A DNA stretch of 64,000 bases from Capsulimonadaceae bacterium (GTDB lineage: Bacteria; Armatimonadota; Armatimonadia; Armatimonadales; Capsulimonadaceae). A program made the translations under genes and the position numbers. The first letter of the stretch is position 1, and each line of letters begins with the position of its first letter. The DNA lies in NCBI GenBank assembly GCA_965215505.1, contig OZ244065.1, forward strand, positions 3,168,001-3,232,000, read 5' to 3'. Below the pieces are notes generated by a model, which worked only from the letters and a program-made list of their open reading frames with translations, was not told the origin of the DNA and ran no database searches. Shown here one piece after another: positions 9,654 through 20,161 of the stretch.

Positions 9654-12242
9654 ATGCACTATCGCCCCATGCTCCGGCCTTCGTTCCAGCCCTTTTTCCT
9701 GCTCGCCCTGCTGCTGCTCGCGCCGCTCCGCGCCCCCGCCCAGGCTGTCCCCGCGCCTCAGCCCGCCGCGCCGTCCGTGGCCGGGCGGGAGCAGGTCGCG
9801 CTCGACGGCCCCTGGCGCTTCGCGGGCGAGCCACGGGGGACGCACTTCGAGAAGCCCGGCTTCGACGACCACGCCTGGTCGGCCGTCGCCGTCCCGCACA
9901 CCTGGGACTCCAGGACTTCCGTGCGGACGCACAAGGCGGCCTGGTATCGCACCCACTTCACGCTGGGCGAGGCGGACCGGGGCCGGGAGATCTTCCTGTA
10001 CTTTGAGGGGGCGGCGACCGTCGCCGACGTCACCCTGAACGGGGTCCACCTGGGGCAGCACCGGGGGGCCTTCACGCGGTTCGTCTTCGACGGGACGCGG
10101 GCCGCGACTTTCGGGGGCGACAACGTGCTGGCGGTGCGCTGCGACACGGACCCCAAGGACACATCCGACTGCCTGCCCGCCGGCAACGGCTACCAGCTCT
10201 ACCACGTCTACGGTGGCCTGTACCGCCGCGTCTGGCTCCTGAAGACCGCGCCGGTCCACATTGACCCGACCGACTACGCCGCCTCGGGCCTCTATCTGAC
10301 CCCGCAGGTGGCGGACGGCGGGGACGGCGCGATGACCGTCCGGACCCTGGTCCGCAACGACAGCGCCGCCCCGCAGACGGTGACGGTCGCCGGCACGGTC
10401 CGGGACGCCGAGGGACGGACCGTCGCGGCGACGAGCGAGACGCTGACGCTGGCCCCGAACTCCAGCGCGGCCAGCGTCCAATCGGCACACGTCCCCGCTG
10501 CGCACTTGTGGAGCCCCGCCGACCCGTACCTGTACCGCGTCACGGCCGAAACATCGGTGGACGGGCGGCCGACCGACGCGGTGACGGAGCGGGCCGGCTT
10601 CCGGTCCTTCCGGATGACGACGGCCGGCTTCTTCCTGAACGGCGCGCGGACCGACCTGCGGGGCGTCGCCAAGCACCAGGAGACCGAGGAACACGCCTCC
10701 GCCGTCACCGAGGAGGACCTGCGGCGCGACTGGGACGACCTGCACGAGCTGGGGGTGAACTTCGTCCGGCTGGCCCACTACCCCCACGCCGCCCTGGAGT
10801 ACGACCTGGCCGACGAGAAGGGCATCGTCGTCTGGGCCGAGAACGGCCACTCCAACGCCGCCGCGCCGACCGAAACCGGCGACACGATCACGCGCGAGAT
10901 GGTCCGCCAGAACTACAACCACCCGAGCATTTGCTTTTGGAGCGTCGGCAACGAGGCACTCAGCAAGGCTTCGGACATCACGACGCTGGAACACTACGCC
11001 GCCACCGTCCGCGCGCAGGACACGACCCGGCTGGTCACTTACGCCAGCAACACGACGTTCCACACCGACCCCGCCCTGGACTTCGTCGCCGTCAACCGCT
11101 ACCTCGGTTGGTACGGCGGGGCCATCGCGGCCTTCGACGCCCACGCGGCCTACTACCACTGGATTTCGGAAACGGGCGCGGGCGGGGTGGTGTCCACCCA
11201 CACGAACGCCGCCGTCCCGACCCACGGCGTCAACGTCTATGAGCCGGAGGAGTACCAGCAGGAGCTGGCCGAGTCGCGCTGTCAGACCGTCTTCCGGACT
11301 CTGGCGGATCAGGTGCCGCTGTTCACCTGGTGGACCTTCCGGGACTTCGCCGACCCGCGCTACAAGGGGGTGAACGCCAAGGGCCTGGAAACCTACGGCG
11401 CGTTCCACAAGGACGTCTACTCGCTGTTCCAGTGCTTCCTGAAGCCGCAGACGCCGGTCGTCCACCTGTGCGGAAAGCCCTGGTTCCTGCGCCGGCGCGA
11501 CTCACCCTTCGACGCCCTGGGCGTCAAGGCCTATGCCAACGTCCCCGCGCTCACCCTGACGGTCAACGGCGTGTCGGTCGGCACGGTGCGTAACGGCGGC
11601 TACCTCCTGGCGAACGGAACGCGGGCGGACAACGTCTTCTTCTGGGAGGCGGCCCTGCGGCGGGGCCGCAACGAGCTGACCGTGGACGACGGGGCCGGGC
11701 ACTCCGACAGCGCGGTAGTCTACGCCGAGGGCGGCGAGGAGACGGGCCTGGTCAGGAACCTCACGTCCAGCAATCTGGACAACCCCGCCTACTTCATCGG
11801 CACCCCGGTCCAGGCCGAGTGGCCAGTCTATGACGACTTTGATGGGACGGGCGACAACACCTTCCACGACATCCCGCCCGCCCTCCTGGGGGCGCAGTGG
11901 ATCACGATGGGCCGGCCCAGCAAGCCCGAGAACCGGACCGCCCTCGACTTCCGGATCGCCCCCGAGGCCGGGGCCACGGACGTCTTCCTCCTGTTCTCTC
12001 CGCCTGGCACCGCCGACGCTGCGCCCAAGGCTCTTAAATCCAAGACGCCGCCTGCTCCCCCTTCCATGCCCCCGGACTTCCTCTCGGGCTTCGCCGACAC
12101 CGGAGTTCGCGGGACCTGGCGCGACAATTCGTTGAACCTGGTCCCCTACGCCCTCTACCGCCGCACCGTCGGCGGCGGCGAGGCGGTCCACATCCCTGGC
12201 GCGACCCTGGGTTATGTCGTGCTGGTCAAGCCCCACTCATGA
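9654..12242 (+). CDS. Secreted glycoside hydrolase family 2 (beta-galactosidase/glucuronidase-like)
   Basis: YGGLYR, NFVRLAHYPH, NHPSICFWSVGNE and ISETG motifs. Confidence 0.9.
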   Translation: MHYRPMLRPSFQPFFLLALLLLAPLRAPAQAVPAPQPAAPSVAGREQVALDGPWRFAGEPRGTHFEKPGFDDHAWSAVAVPHTWDSRTSVRTHKAAWYRTHFTLGEADRGREIFLYFEGAATVADVTLNGVHLGQHRGAFTRFVFDGTRAATFGGDNVLAVRCDTDPKDTSDCLPAGNGYQLYHVYGGLYRRVWLLKTAPVHIDPTDYAASGLYLTPQVADGGDGAMTVRTLVRNDSAAPQTVTVAGTVRDAEGRTVAATSETLTLAPNSSAASVQSAHVPAAHLWSPADPYLYRVTAETSVDGRPTDAVTERAGFRSFRMTTAGFFLNGARTDLRGVAKHQETEEHASAVTEEDLRRDWDDLHELGVNFVRLAHYPHAALEYDLADEKGIVVWAENGHSNAAAPTETGDTITREMVRQNYNHPSICFWSVGNEALSKASDITTLEHYAATVRAQDTTRLVTYASNTTFHTDPALDFVAVNRYLGWYGGAIAAFDAHAAYYHWISETGAGGVVSTHTNAAVPTHGVNVYEPEEYQQELAESRCQTVFRTLADQVPLFTWWTFRDFADPRYKGVNAKGLETYGAFHKDVYSLFQCFLKPQTPVVHLCGKPWFLRRRDSPFDALGVKAYANVPALTLTVNGVSVGTVRNGGYLLANGTRADNVFFWEAALRRGRNELTVDDGAGHSDSAVVYAEGGEETGLVRNLTSSNLDNPAYFIGTPVQAEWPVYDDFDGTGDNTFHDIPPALLGAQWITMGRPSKPENRTALDFRIAPEAGATDVFLLFSPPGTADAAPKALKSKTPPAPPSMPPDFLSGFADTGVRGTWRDNSLNLVPYALYRRTVGGGEAVHIPGATLGYVVLVKPHS

Positions 12243-12335
12243 GGCCCTGCTCCGGCGCTTTTTGACCGCGCCGGGCCGTTTGGCATGAATCATGCAGAGA
12301 AGTCTCTCGGAATACGTTTCCGAAAGGAATAAACA

Positions 12336-13390
12336 TTGTCCGTTCCCACGCAACCCGTGCCCGCCGCCCGCACGCCCGCGCCCGCGCTCCACATCAACTT
12401 CCTCGACGGCCTGCGCGGACTCGCCGCCCTCTACGTCGTGTTCGTCCACTTCCTCGACATGGACCGCGACGGACTCGCCCACTGGCAGCTGCGACTCGCC
12501 TCGCTCGCCCAGGCCGGGCACAGCTCCGTCACCCTCTTCATCGTCCTGTCCGGATTCAGCCTCATGCTCCCCGTCGCACGCGCCGCCGACGGCACCCTCA
12601 AGGGCGGGACGGCGGGCTTCCTGAAACGCCGCGCCCGCCGCATCCTCCCCCCCTACTACGCCGCCCTCGCCCTGTCCCTGCTGGGCCTCCTCCTCACCCC
12701 GGCGGGCCTGGCCTTCCTGCGCGGGGCGCGCGACCCGCTCTTCCTGGCCGAACTCTCCGCCCCCGCCATCCTCACGCACCTCCTGCTGCTCCACAACCTG
12801 AGCTTCGCCTGGGGCCACAAGATCAATCTGGCCCTGTGGAGCGTGGCGACCGAGTGGCAGATCTACTTCGTGCTGCCCTTCGTCCTGCTGCCCGTCTGGC
12901 GGCGCCTCGGCCCCTGGGCCATGGCCGCGGCGGGGGCTGGGCGTGCCGTTCGCGCTGGGCGCTCATCGCTGGTACCGTCGTTCGCTGGGGGCGGCGGGGG
13001 CCGCTGGTGGCGCGCTGGCCGAGGCGCCGCTGAGGCCCGGCCTGCGCCGCGCCGCCCTGCTTCCCGTCCTCTATCCCCGAGTTCGTCGCGATCTGGTACA
13101 ACGGGGTCGGGACTACCTCCTCGTTCGCGCTGGGGGCGGCTGGGGGCCGTCTGGGACGCTCGGCGCCTTCTCCTACAGCCTCTACCTCACCCACTGCGTC
13201 GTCCTCAGCCAGGCCGACGGCTGGATCGCCGCCCGCCACGTCGGGCCGCAGGAGGGCTTCGTCCTCAAGGCCGCCCTCGGCATCCCGCTCGCCGTCGCCT
13301 GCGCCTGTTCCACCTCGCCTGCGAGAAGCCCTTCATGGTCACCAGCCCCAGCCGCAACACACGCCTCCTCGCCGAAGCACCCGAAACGAA
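12336..13390 (+). pseudogene. Degenerate or scrambled duplicate of the acyltransferase-3 gene
   Basis: Near-identical to 13433-14670 except a frameshifted patchwork at ~12930-13160 and a small deletion near 13305. Confidence 0.7.
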
Positions 13391-13432
13391 CGCACAACCC
13401 CAGAGGTCATAGGGTCATAGAGAGGAAAAACA

Positions 13433-14689
13433 TTGTCCGTTCCCACGCAACCCGTGCCCGCCGCCCGCACGCCCGCGCCCGCGCTCCACATCAACTTCCT
13501 CGACGGCCTGCGCGGACTCGCCGCCCTCTACGTCGTGTTCTTCCACTTCCTCGACATGGACCGCGACGGACTCGCCCACTGGCAGCTGCGACTCGCCTCG
13601 CTCGCCCAGGCCGGGCACAGCTCCGTCACCCTCTTCATCGTCCTGTCCGGATTCAGCCTCATGCTCCCCGTCGCACGCGCCGCCGACGGCACCCTCAAGG
13701 GCGGGACGGCGGGCTTCCTGAAACGCCGCGCCCGCCGCATCCTCCCCCCCTACTACGCCGCCCTCGCCCTGTCCCTGCTGGGCCTCCTCCTCACCCCGGC
13801 GGGCCTGGCCTTCCTGCGCGGGGCGCGCGACCCGCTCTTCCTGGCCGAACTCTCCGCCCCCGCCATCCTCACGCACCTCCTGCTGCTCCACAACCTGGGC
13901 ACGGCCTGGGGCCACAAGATCAACCAGGCCCTGTGGAGCGTGGCGACCGAGTGGCAGATCTACTTCGTGCTGCCCTTCGTCCTGCTGCCCGTCTGGCGGC
14001 GCCTCGGCCCCTGGGCCATGGCCGCGGCGGGCCTGGCCCTGGGCGTCGCGCCGGTCGTGCTGGTGGCCGTGAACTTCCCGCTCATCCCCGAGGCGATCTG
14101 GTACATCGGGTCGTTCGCGCTGGGGGCGGCGGGGGCCGTCTGGGCCTGGCGCGGGCTGGCCGAGGCGCCGCTGAGGCCCGGCCTGCGCCGCGCCGCCCTG
14201 CTCGGGCTGGCGGGGGGCGCCGTCCTCTACGTCCTCGCCAGCAAATACGTCGCCCCGCCGCACACCCTGGTCGTGGACGCCGGCCGCAGCTACCTCAACG
14301 GGGTCCTGAAGGACTACCTCCTGAGCGCGATGATCGCCTGCGTCCTCGTCTACGGCACCCTCGCCCGCGACCTGGCCGCCTCCTGGCGCTTCGCCGCCTT
14401 CCGCCTCCTGGAGACGCGCCCCCTGCGGACGCTCGGCGCCTTCTCCTACAGCCTCTACCTCACCCACTGCGTCGTCCTCAGCCAGGCCGACGGCTGGATC
14501 GCCGCCCGCCACGTCGGGCCGCAGGAGGGCTTCGTCCTCAAGGCCGCCCTCGGCATCCCGCTCGCCGTCGCCTGCGCCTACCTGTTCCACCTCGCCTGCG
14601 AGAAGCCCTTCATGGTCACCAGCCCCAGCCGCAACACACGCCTCCTCGCCGAAGCACCCGAAACGAACGCCCCGGCCGCGCCGGCATGA
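13433..14689 (+). CDS. Acyltransferase-3 (OafA-like) membrane O-acyltransferase
   Basis: LDGLRGLAAL, FIVLSGF, RRARRILPPY, WSVATEWQIY and SYSLYLTH motifs. Confidence 0.92.
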   Translation: MSVPTQPVPAARTPAPALHINFLDGLRGLAALYVVFFHFLDMDRDGLAHWQLRLASLAQAGHSSVTLFIVLSGFSLMLPVARAADGTLKGGTAGFLKRRARRILPPYYAALALSLLGLLLTPAGLAFLRGARDPLFLAELSAPAILTHLLLLHNLGTAWGHKINQALWSVATEWQIYFVLPFVLLPVWRRLGPWAMAAAGLALGVAPVVLVAVNFPLIPEAIWYIGSFALGAAGAVWAWRGLAEAPLRPGLRRAALLGLAGGAVLYVLASKYVAPPHTLVVDAGRSYLNGVLKDYLLSAMIACVLVYGTLARDLAASWRFAAFRLLETRPLRTLGAFSYSLYLTHCVVLSQADGWIAARHVGPQEGFVLKAALGIPLAVACAYLFHLACEKPFMVTSPSRNTRLLAEAPETNAPAAPA

Positions 14690-14727
14690 CACGCTCATGC
14701 CGCATGACAGGCGGCATGGGCAAGACT

Positions 14728-14807
14728 GTAGGGGCGCTGCATGCAGCGCCCCCTTCCCCTACCGCGTCTCTCCTCCTGGCCCCGTAGGGGCGCGATTCAT
14801 CGGCCCC
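14728..14807. repeat. GTAG-type REP palindromes
   Basis: GTAGGGGCGCTGCATGCAGCGCCCC and GTAGGGGCGCGATTCATCGGCCCC; the latter recurs at 47015. Confidence 0.7.
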
Positions 14808-14886
14808 TCTTTCCTTCTCCTTGCCCTTCCCCCTTGGAGACAGCGACCACGCCCCGCCATCCACGCCGGTCAGACATCCACGCCGG

Positions 14887-17457
14887 TCAGAGCTTGCGCT
14901 TGGGCGCAGGTGGTCGTTTCCGCCTTCTCACAGCCGGTGGCGGCGTCTCCCCCGCACGCTCCGAGGCCGGGCGCAGGCTCGCCACGACCGCCTCCACGAT
15001 GGGCCGCATCTCCGGCGTCAGCTTCTCGATCAGCGCCTCGTCGCCGGTGGCGAGGTAATCCAGGGCGCGGGCGAGGGGAAAGAACTGGCCTTCGGTGTTG
15101 GAATTGGCGATCAACTCCCGCACGAGAGGCCCGTGTCCCCGTTGGGCTACGGTCAGGAGTTGTCGAGAAGCGTAGGCCACCCACTTATCCTGTTGCCCTC
15201 CCGCTTTGGCTGCTGCGTACCAGTCCTCTGCCGCAAGTGCTGGCCGTCCGAGAGCCATTTCTGACTCGAACTTAGAGAGATGAATGCGAGCCTTGGAGTT
15301 CATGTCCTGTTCGGCCACAGCCATCAACGCCCGGCTATAACTCGTCACCGCCGCCTCATGCCGGCCTAATTCGTCCATCACGATGCCCCGGTCGTGCCAG
15401 ACGGTAGCTTCTTGCGGGTCCAACGCCAGCGCCTGGTCGTAGCTCGCCAGGGCCTCCTCGTCCCGACCTGAGCGGCGCAAAGCAATGCCTTTGTTGTGCC
15501 AGGCGTGTGCATTCCTCTCGTCTAGCGCCAGCGCCCGGTCGTAGCTCGCCAAGGCTTCCTCAATCCTATTCAGGTGGTCTAAGGCAACGCCTCGGCCTTC
15601 CCAAAATCTTGACTCCTGCGGGTCCAAATTCAGTGCCCGATCGTAGCTTGCCAAAGCCTCCTCAAGCCGGCCGGATCGCCCCAGCGCATTGCCCCGATTG
15701 TACCAAGCTCTCGGTTCCTGCGGGTTCAAGCCCAACACCCTATCATAGCTCACCACTGCTTCATCATGCCAGCCGAACTCGTCCAACACGACGCCCCGAT
15801 TGTACCAGGCGCTCGCCTTCTGTGGGTCCAGCGCCAGCGCCCGGTCGAAGTTCGCTAACGCTTGCTCGAGATTGCTTTGTGCCTCAATTCTCAGCAGTGA
15901 CGTGGCAATCGCAAGAGGCAGGGCAGCCTCAGCTTTCGCTGTGATTTGTGATGCATGGGAAGCGACGTGCGTAGCCTGAGCATGGGCCGCCCGTTCAGCC
16001 GTAAGGCACCCCACCGTCACAAGCTGATCCAGCGTTTCGGGGGAAAGATTTTGCAGTTGGTCGTCGGTCAGCCCAAACTCTTTCAGCGCGCCGATGTCCC
16101 TAAGCGTGAGATAGCCCTGGATGACGCTCTCCATTGCCGGGGCTGAATAGGAACGGTCGGGCATGGCTTCGACCAGCCAGCGGCGATATTTCAGTGCGCC
16201 GCGTGCCTCGTGAACTTGCCCTGCCGACAGCAGGGTTTGAAAACGATCTCCCTGAAAACGGCTCTCCTCGCCTAGCTCTTCCGCCGTGTAAAAGCCTTGG
16301 AGGAAGTCCACCAGCCAGGCCATGCGCTGGCGGGCATCGCGGCCAAAGCGCATCTGATACCACAGGGAATACAGCGGCTCGGAGAGGGTGTAGGAGGCGC
16401 TGCGGCCCCGCAGGTTGGCGCTCTGGACGTAGCCCGCGTCGGCCAGGCGCTTGAGCTGGGCGCTGACGAGCTGGGGGGTCAGGCGCACCGCCGAGGCGAT
16501 CTCGGACGGGGACGCGCCTTCCCGGCTCTGGCCACCCGTGCGGGCGATGTGGTCCAGAATCTTGCGCTGCTGGGGGGGCAGGTCTTCGGTCTTGGCCTTG
16601 TAGAAAGGCGTGACCTGGTCCAGCAGCTTGTCTAGGCCCTGCCGCACTTCCAGCAGGGCGGACTGAGCTACCACTCGGTACAGCATTAGGACCAGGCGGA
16701 CGTTGCCGCCGGTGAAGTATTCCAAGGCGCGCAGGCGGAACGTGTTGGCGTCCAGGTTCTTCTCGAAGTCTGTCAGCCCGTCGGCGGCGGCGCGCTGGAG
16801 CAGGAGGGCGCGCATGTCGTCGAAGGTCAGGCGCTCCAGGCTTTCGACTTTGAAGAAGTTATACAGCGGCTCGTCGTAATTGCTGGCCTCCTTGAAGAAC
16901 GACGGGGCCGCGCCGAGGATCATCAGGAACCCCTCGTTCATCAGGACGTTGCGGAGGGCGGCGGCCTGCTGCTCGTCGAGCGCGGCGAGAATCTGGTGGA
17001 AGTTGTCTACCAGCAGCAGCAGACGCCGCCCGTGCGTCCGGCACCACTCGCGCAGCAGGGTCAGGGCGGCTTCCTGGAGCGTGTCGCCGTCCGGATAACG
17101 GGCCTTGATCTGTTGCGTCTTCTCGGTCAGGGACGGGTCCCCGGCGGCGTGGGACAGTTCGGCCAGCGTTTCCAGCCAGAAGTCGGCAAGGTCGGTGACG
17201 CCATAGAGTTCTTCGGGGAACCGGAGCGCCAGCCACGGCGGGTCCAAGCCCTGGTCCGTGGCGGCGAACTGCACCATCAGCAGCATCGTCGTCTTGCCCA
17301 TGCCGCGCGGGGCCACCAGGACGACGTGCTGCACCCCCGCCCCGTCCGGCTGCCGCCGGACCAGGGCGACCAGCCGGTCCAAGAGCGCCTGTCGGGCAAC
17401 GAAGGTCGCCTTGATCTCCTGCTCGGACATCTGATCCGGATTGTACAGGTGTTCCAT
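14887..17457 (-). CDS. STAND-like ATPase with winged helix and C-terminal TPR repeats
   Basis: Walker A APRGMGKTT, Walker B LLLVDNF, MarR-like HTH (SPSEIA..SAQLKRL), about five 34-aa TPRs; start may be GTG 17466. Confidence 0.85.
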   Translation of the reverse strand: MEHLYNPDQMSEQEIKATFVARQALLDRLVALVRRQPDGAGVQHVVLVAPRGMGKTTMLLMVQFAATDQGLDPPWLALRFPEELYGVTDLADFWLETLAELSHAAGDPSLTEKTQQIKARYPDGDTLQEAALTLLREWCRTHGRRLLLLVDNFHQILAALDEQQAAALRNVLMNEGFLMILGAAPSFFKEASNYDEPLYNFFKVESLERLTFDDMRALLLQRAAADGLTDFEKNLDANTFRLRALEYFTGGNVRLVLMLYRVVAQSALLEVRQGLDKLLDQVTPFYKAKTEDLPPQQRKILDHIARTGGQSREGASPSEIASAVRLTPQLVSAQLKRLADAGYVQSANLRGRSASYTLSEPLYSLWYQMRFGRDARQRMAWLVDFLQGFYTAEELGEESRFQGDRFQTLLSAGQVHEARGALKYRRWLVEAMPDRSYSAPAMESVIQGYLTLRDIGALKEFGLTDDQLQNLSPETLDQLVTVGCLTAERAAHAQATHVASHASQITAKAEAALPLAIATSLLRIEAQSNLEQALANFDRALALDPQKASAWYNRGVVLDEFGWHDEAVVSYDRVLGLNPQEPRAWYNRGNALGRSGRLEEALASYDRALNLDPQESRFWEGRGVALDHLNRIEEALASYDRALALDERNAHAWHNKGIALRRSGRDEEALASYDQALALDPQEATVWHDRGIVMDELGRHEAAVTSYSRALMAVAEQDMNSKARIHLSKFESEMALGRPALAAEDWYAAAKAGGQQDKWVAYASRQLLTVAQRGHGPLVRELIANSNTEGQFFPLARALDYLATGDEALIEKLTPEMRPIVEAVVASLRPASERAGETPPPAVRRRKRPPAPKRKL

Positions 17458-17458
17458 C

Positions 17459-18691
17459 TCAGGCACCCTCTAGCGCATAGTGGCGCAGCCACCAGTCCCG
17501 CAGCAGCTTGCAGGCGAACTCGTAGCGCCCCGCCTCAGCGTCATAGCGGATGTAGAAGTCGTTTTCGAGGTTGTTGATGGTGGTATTAAAGGCATCAGCC
17601 CCGACCGACTCGCCGCCCAGAGCCTCCAGGTACAGGGCAAAGCACGCATCGCGAGTCATCGCGCCGACCCGCGCAAGTTCGCGCAGGAGACGCTTGACGG
17701 CCTTCTCCTCCTGGGGAGTGTAGTAGTCACGCAGGCGGCCGTAGTAGTGGTCGAAGTAGCTCTTGCAGTCAACACCCAACACTTTTTCGCGGTAGATGCG
17801 GGCGATCATGTCCGGCGTGACGGGTTCGCCGGTAAGTAGGTAGGCTTTGGAAACCTCGGAGAACAGGATTTGCAGGAAGTAGGGGACCAGGATGCCGACC
17901 AGTTCCAGAATCTTCTCCCGGCACTCCGCCGAAAGCGGAACCTGCTCGGTTTCGGCCAGCGCCTGGAGGAATCGGTCGGCCACGGCGGGCGGGAACGGGT
18001 CGAGTTTGAGCGATTGGAAGTCGTTGATCGCCTTGATCTCGCCCAGCTCGGTCAGGACCGCCTCGATGCCGATGGAGCCGGCGATCAGGAACCGCACGCT
18101 GCCTAGCTCCGGCGACTGGCGCAGCGCCCGCAGCCAGTTCAGCAGTACGCGCGCCTCCTCCCGCTTCTCGGGCGTCCGCGCCATCCGGTCGATCATCATC
18201 GGGAACTCGTCCAGGATGAATAGCACCGGATGCCCCGCCGAGCCGACCCGGCGGAACACCTGCCGCCCGACCTCCTGCCACTGGGGCCTCATCTGCTCCC
18301 GCAGCTTCAGCTTGACGTCGAACATCTCGACTTCATCCAATGTGCCTCGCAGACCGCTCCACACCTCTTTAGTGATAGATGTGACCCCATCGAGCAGCCG
18401 CCCCATCTTGTCGTCCTTGGACAGCTTGACTACCAGTTCCAGCATCAGGTCCGCCGGGTCCGACAGGTGTTCCAGGTCCGCATGGACGATCTTGTAGCCA
18501 CCGCGCGGTGCGTCCATCAGCCGATACATCACGCTGGTCTTGCCGAAGCGGCGCGGGGCGGCCAGAAGCACGCTCCCTTTTGCCAGCTCTCGCCAGGTCA
18601 GGTCTACGAACGAGTCCCGCCCGAAGAAGTTGTCTCCTCGGACTGCCGAGCCGACGATGTTGTTCACCATTCTTTGCCTCCATGACGGCAT
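17459..18691 (-). CDS. P-loop ATPase (AAA_16 / archaeal-ATPase-like)
   Basis: FFGR, Walker A APRRFGKTS, Walker B FILDEFP, AGSIG; start may be ATG 18670. Confidence 0.85.
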   Translation of the reverse strand: MPSWRQRMVNNIVGSAVRGDNFFGRDSFVDLTWRELAKGSVLLAAPRRFGKTSVMYRLMDAPRGGYKIVHADLEHLSDPADLMLELVVKLSKDDKMGRLLDGVTSITKEVWSGLRGTLDEVEMFDVKLKLREQMRPQWQEVGRQVFRRVGSAGHPVLFILDEFPMMIDRMARTPEKREEARVLLNWLRALRQSPELGSVRFLIAGSIGIEAVLTELGEIKAINDFQSLKLDPFPPAVADRFLQALAETEQVPLSAECREKILELVGILVPYFLQILFSEVSKAYLLTGEPVTPDMIARIYREKVLGVDCKSYFDHYYGRLRDYYTPQEEKAVKRLLRELARVGAMTRDACFALYLEALGGESVGADAFNTTINNLENDFYIRYDAEAGRYEFACKLLRDWWLRHYALEGA

Positions 18692-18778
18692 TGATATACG
18701 ACAAATTAGTTATACAACAAAAACGCTTTATATGTCAAGTGCTTGCACGAATTCTCACGCGAAGCATCGGTTCACTTC

Positions 18779-18841
18779 AGGGTAGGGACAAGCCCTACCC
18801 TTACGGGTCCGATGTAGGGGCGGGGCTTGTCCCCGCCCTCC
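18779..18841. repeat. Inverted REP doublet (GTAG family)
   Basis: AGGGTAGGGACAAGCCCTACCC and GTAGGGGCGGGGCTTGTCCCCGCCCTCC; the same doublet occurs inverted at 58719-58802. Confidence 0.75.
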
Positions 18842-18976
18842 TGTCTACTAACCCGTCTAAATCCGGGCTGTGCTGGTTGAGGGGGTCTGATGGGGAGAAG
18901 GCTCAAGGGGGGCGAGAGCAGACAATCATTAAGGCGATGATCGGAAACCAGAAGCAGCACCCGTGTTCAACATCAC

Positions 18977-19810
18977 TTACGACGCGGTGATGTAGACCGC
19001 GCGGACCGAGTCCTGGCCCGGCGCGGTGATCTCCAGATAGTAGGTGGCGTCGTTCTCCAGGTCGTAGCCGTCCTTGCGCTGCACGCGCCAGGCGTTCGCG
19101 CCCGAGCCGGAGACGGTGATGTTCTGCTCCTCGTTGCCGGGCGTGTCGGTCCCGCGCGCCTCCTTGTAGCGGTGCAGCGAGACGGTGAACTGCGCCGGGG
19201 GCGGGAAGGCCGCGCTCCAGGACAGCACGAAGGCGGAGTTCTTGGGGATGTTGACCGCGCCGGGGGAAGGGTTGATGGTCAGGCCGGACAGGCTGCCGCC
19301 CGCGCCCGTACCGACCGTCTGCGTACTCTGGTTGTCCGCGACCGTCGGCCCGCCGTCCGCGATGAAGGCGGCCTGCTGGGTGTCGCCCGCGCCCGAGTGC
19401 AGGTCCAGGAAGTAGACGCCGCCGGTGTCAAGCTGGAAGCCGTCTGAGCGCGCGACGTTGTAGACGAAACCTGCCCCCTGCTGGGACACGGTGACGTTCT
19501 GGGTGCCGGTGTCCTTGGACTCGCCGCCGCGCGGCTCCTGGTAGCGGTGCAGCAGGACGCCGAAGGTGGCGGGCGGGGGCGCGGCGGCGCTCCAGGAGAG
19601 CTGGAAGGTGGCTGCGGGGCTGATGAAGGCCGACCCGGTGCGCGGGCCGATCTGCACGTCCTGGAGCCGGCCCATGGCCCCGGTGCTGATGTCCGAGGAG
19701 CCGTGGCTCCCGCCCCCGCCCCCGCCGCACCCGGTCAGGGCGAGGCTGCCCAGACTGAGGCAGGTCAGGCCGAAGAGATACGGCACTAGGGATACTTTTT
19801 TCGGCATCAT
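18977..19810 (-). CDS. Lipoprotein with two internally duplicated beta domains
   Basis: Lipobox LTGC; repeated F.LSWSAA.PPPA.F.V.LHRY.E.RG. Confidence 0.75.
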   Translation of the reverse strand: MMPKKVSLVPYLFGLTCLSLGSLALTGCGGGGGGSHGSSDISTGAMGRLQDVQIGPRTGSAFISPAATFQLSWSAAAPPPATFGVLLHRYQEPRGGESKDTGTQNVTVSQQGAGFVYNVARSDGFQLDTGGVYFLDLHSGAGDTQQAAFIADGGPTVADNQSTQTVGTGAGGSLSGLTINPSPGAVNIPKNSAFVLSWSAAFPPPAQFTVSLHRYKEARGTDTPGNEEQNITVSGSGANAWRVQRKDGYDLENDATYYLEITAPGQDSVRAVYITAS

Positions 19811-19824
19811 CTGCTCCCCGCGTG

Positions 19825-20076
19825 TCACGCGGCCGTGCGGGTGTCCGCGGGTCCCCAGAAGAAGCGGGCGGCGATGAAGCAGCAGACCGCGAGGGCCAGG
19901 GCCAGGATGCCGTGCTTGGTGTGGTGTGTCATCGCCTCCGCCGTGCCCGCCGCCGCGTGGCCGGGCAGGAATCCGGGCAATGCCTGGGCGGACTGGGTGA
20001 AGTACAGCCCGGCGGCGACGATGAAGAGCAGGCCGACGAGGACGGCGAGGCCGGTGGTGAGTTGTTTTGTCTGCAA
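19825..20076 (-). CDS. Small membrane protein
   Basis: Two TM helices flanking LPGFLPGH and HHTKHG. Confidence 0.65.
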   Translation of the reverse strand: MQTKQLTTGLAVLVGLLFIVAAGLYFTQSAQALPGFLPGHAAAGTAEAMTHHTKHGILALALAVCCFIAARFFWGPADTRTAA

Positions 20077-20161
20077 GTTGTGAGGGTTCCTTATACGGGA
20101 TTGGGGCAGGCCCCGCCTAATGTTCGCCCCCCGACACGCGCTTTCCTGCCGCCCTTCGCGC

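Noticed and set aside
9009-11465. Long antisense ORFs (818 aa here; also 38259..39629, 41568..42869, 49339..50808)
   Set aside because: Shadow frames of well-supported high-GC genes
15330-15870. ~102-bp periodic repeats as a DNA array or DGR
   Set aside because: Explained by TPR coding repeats; no reverse transcriptase present
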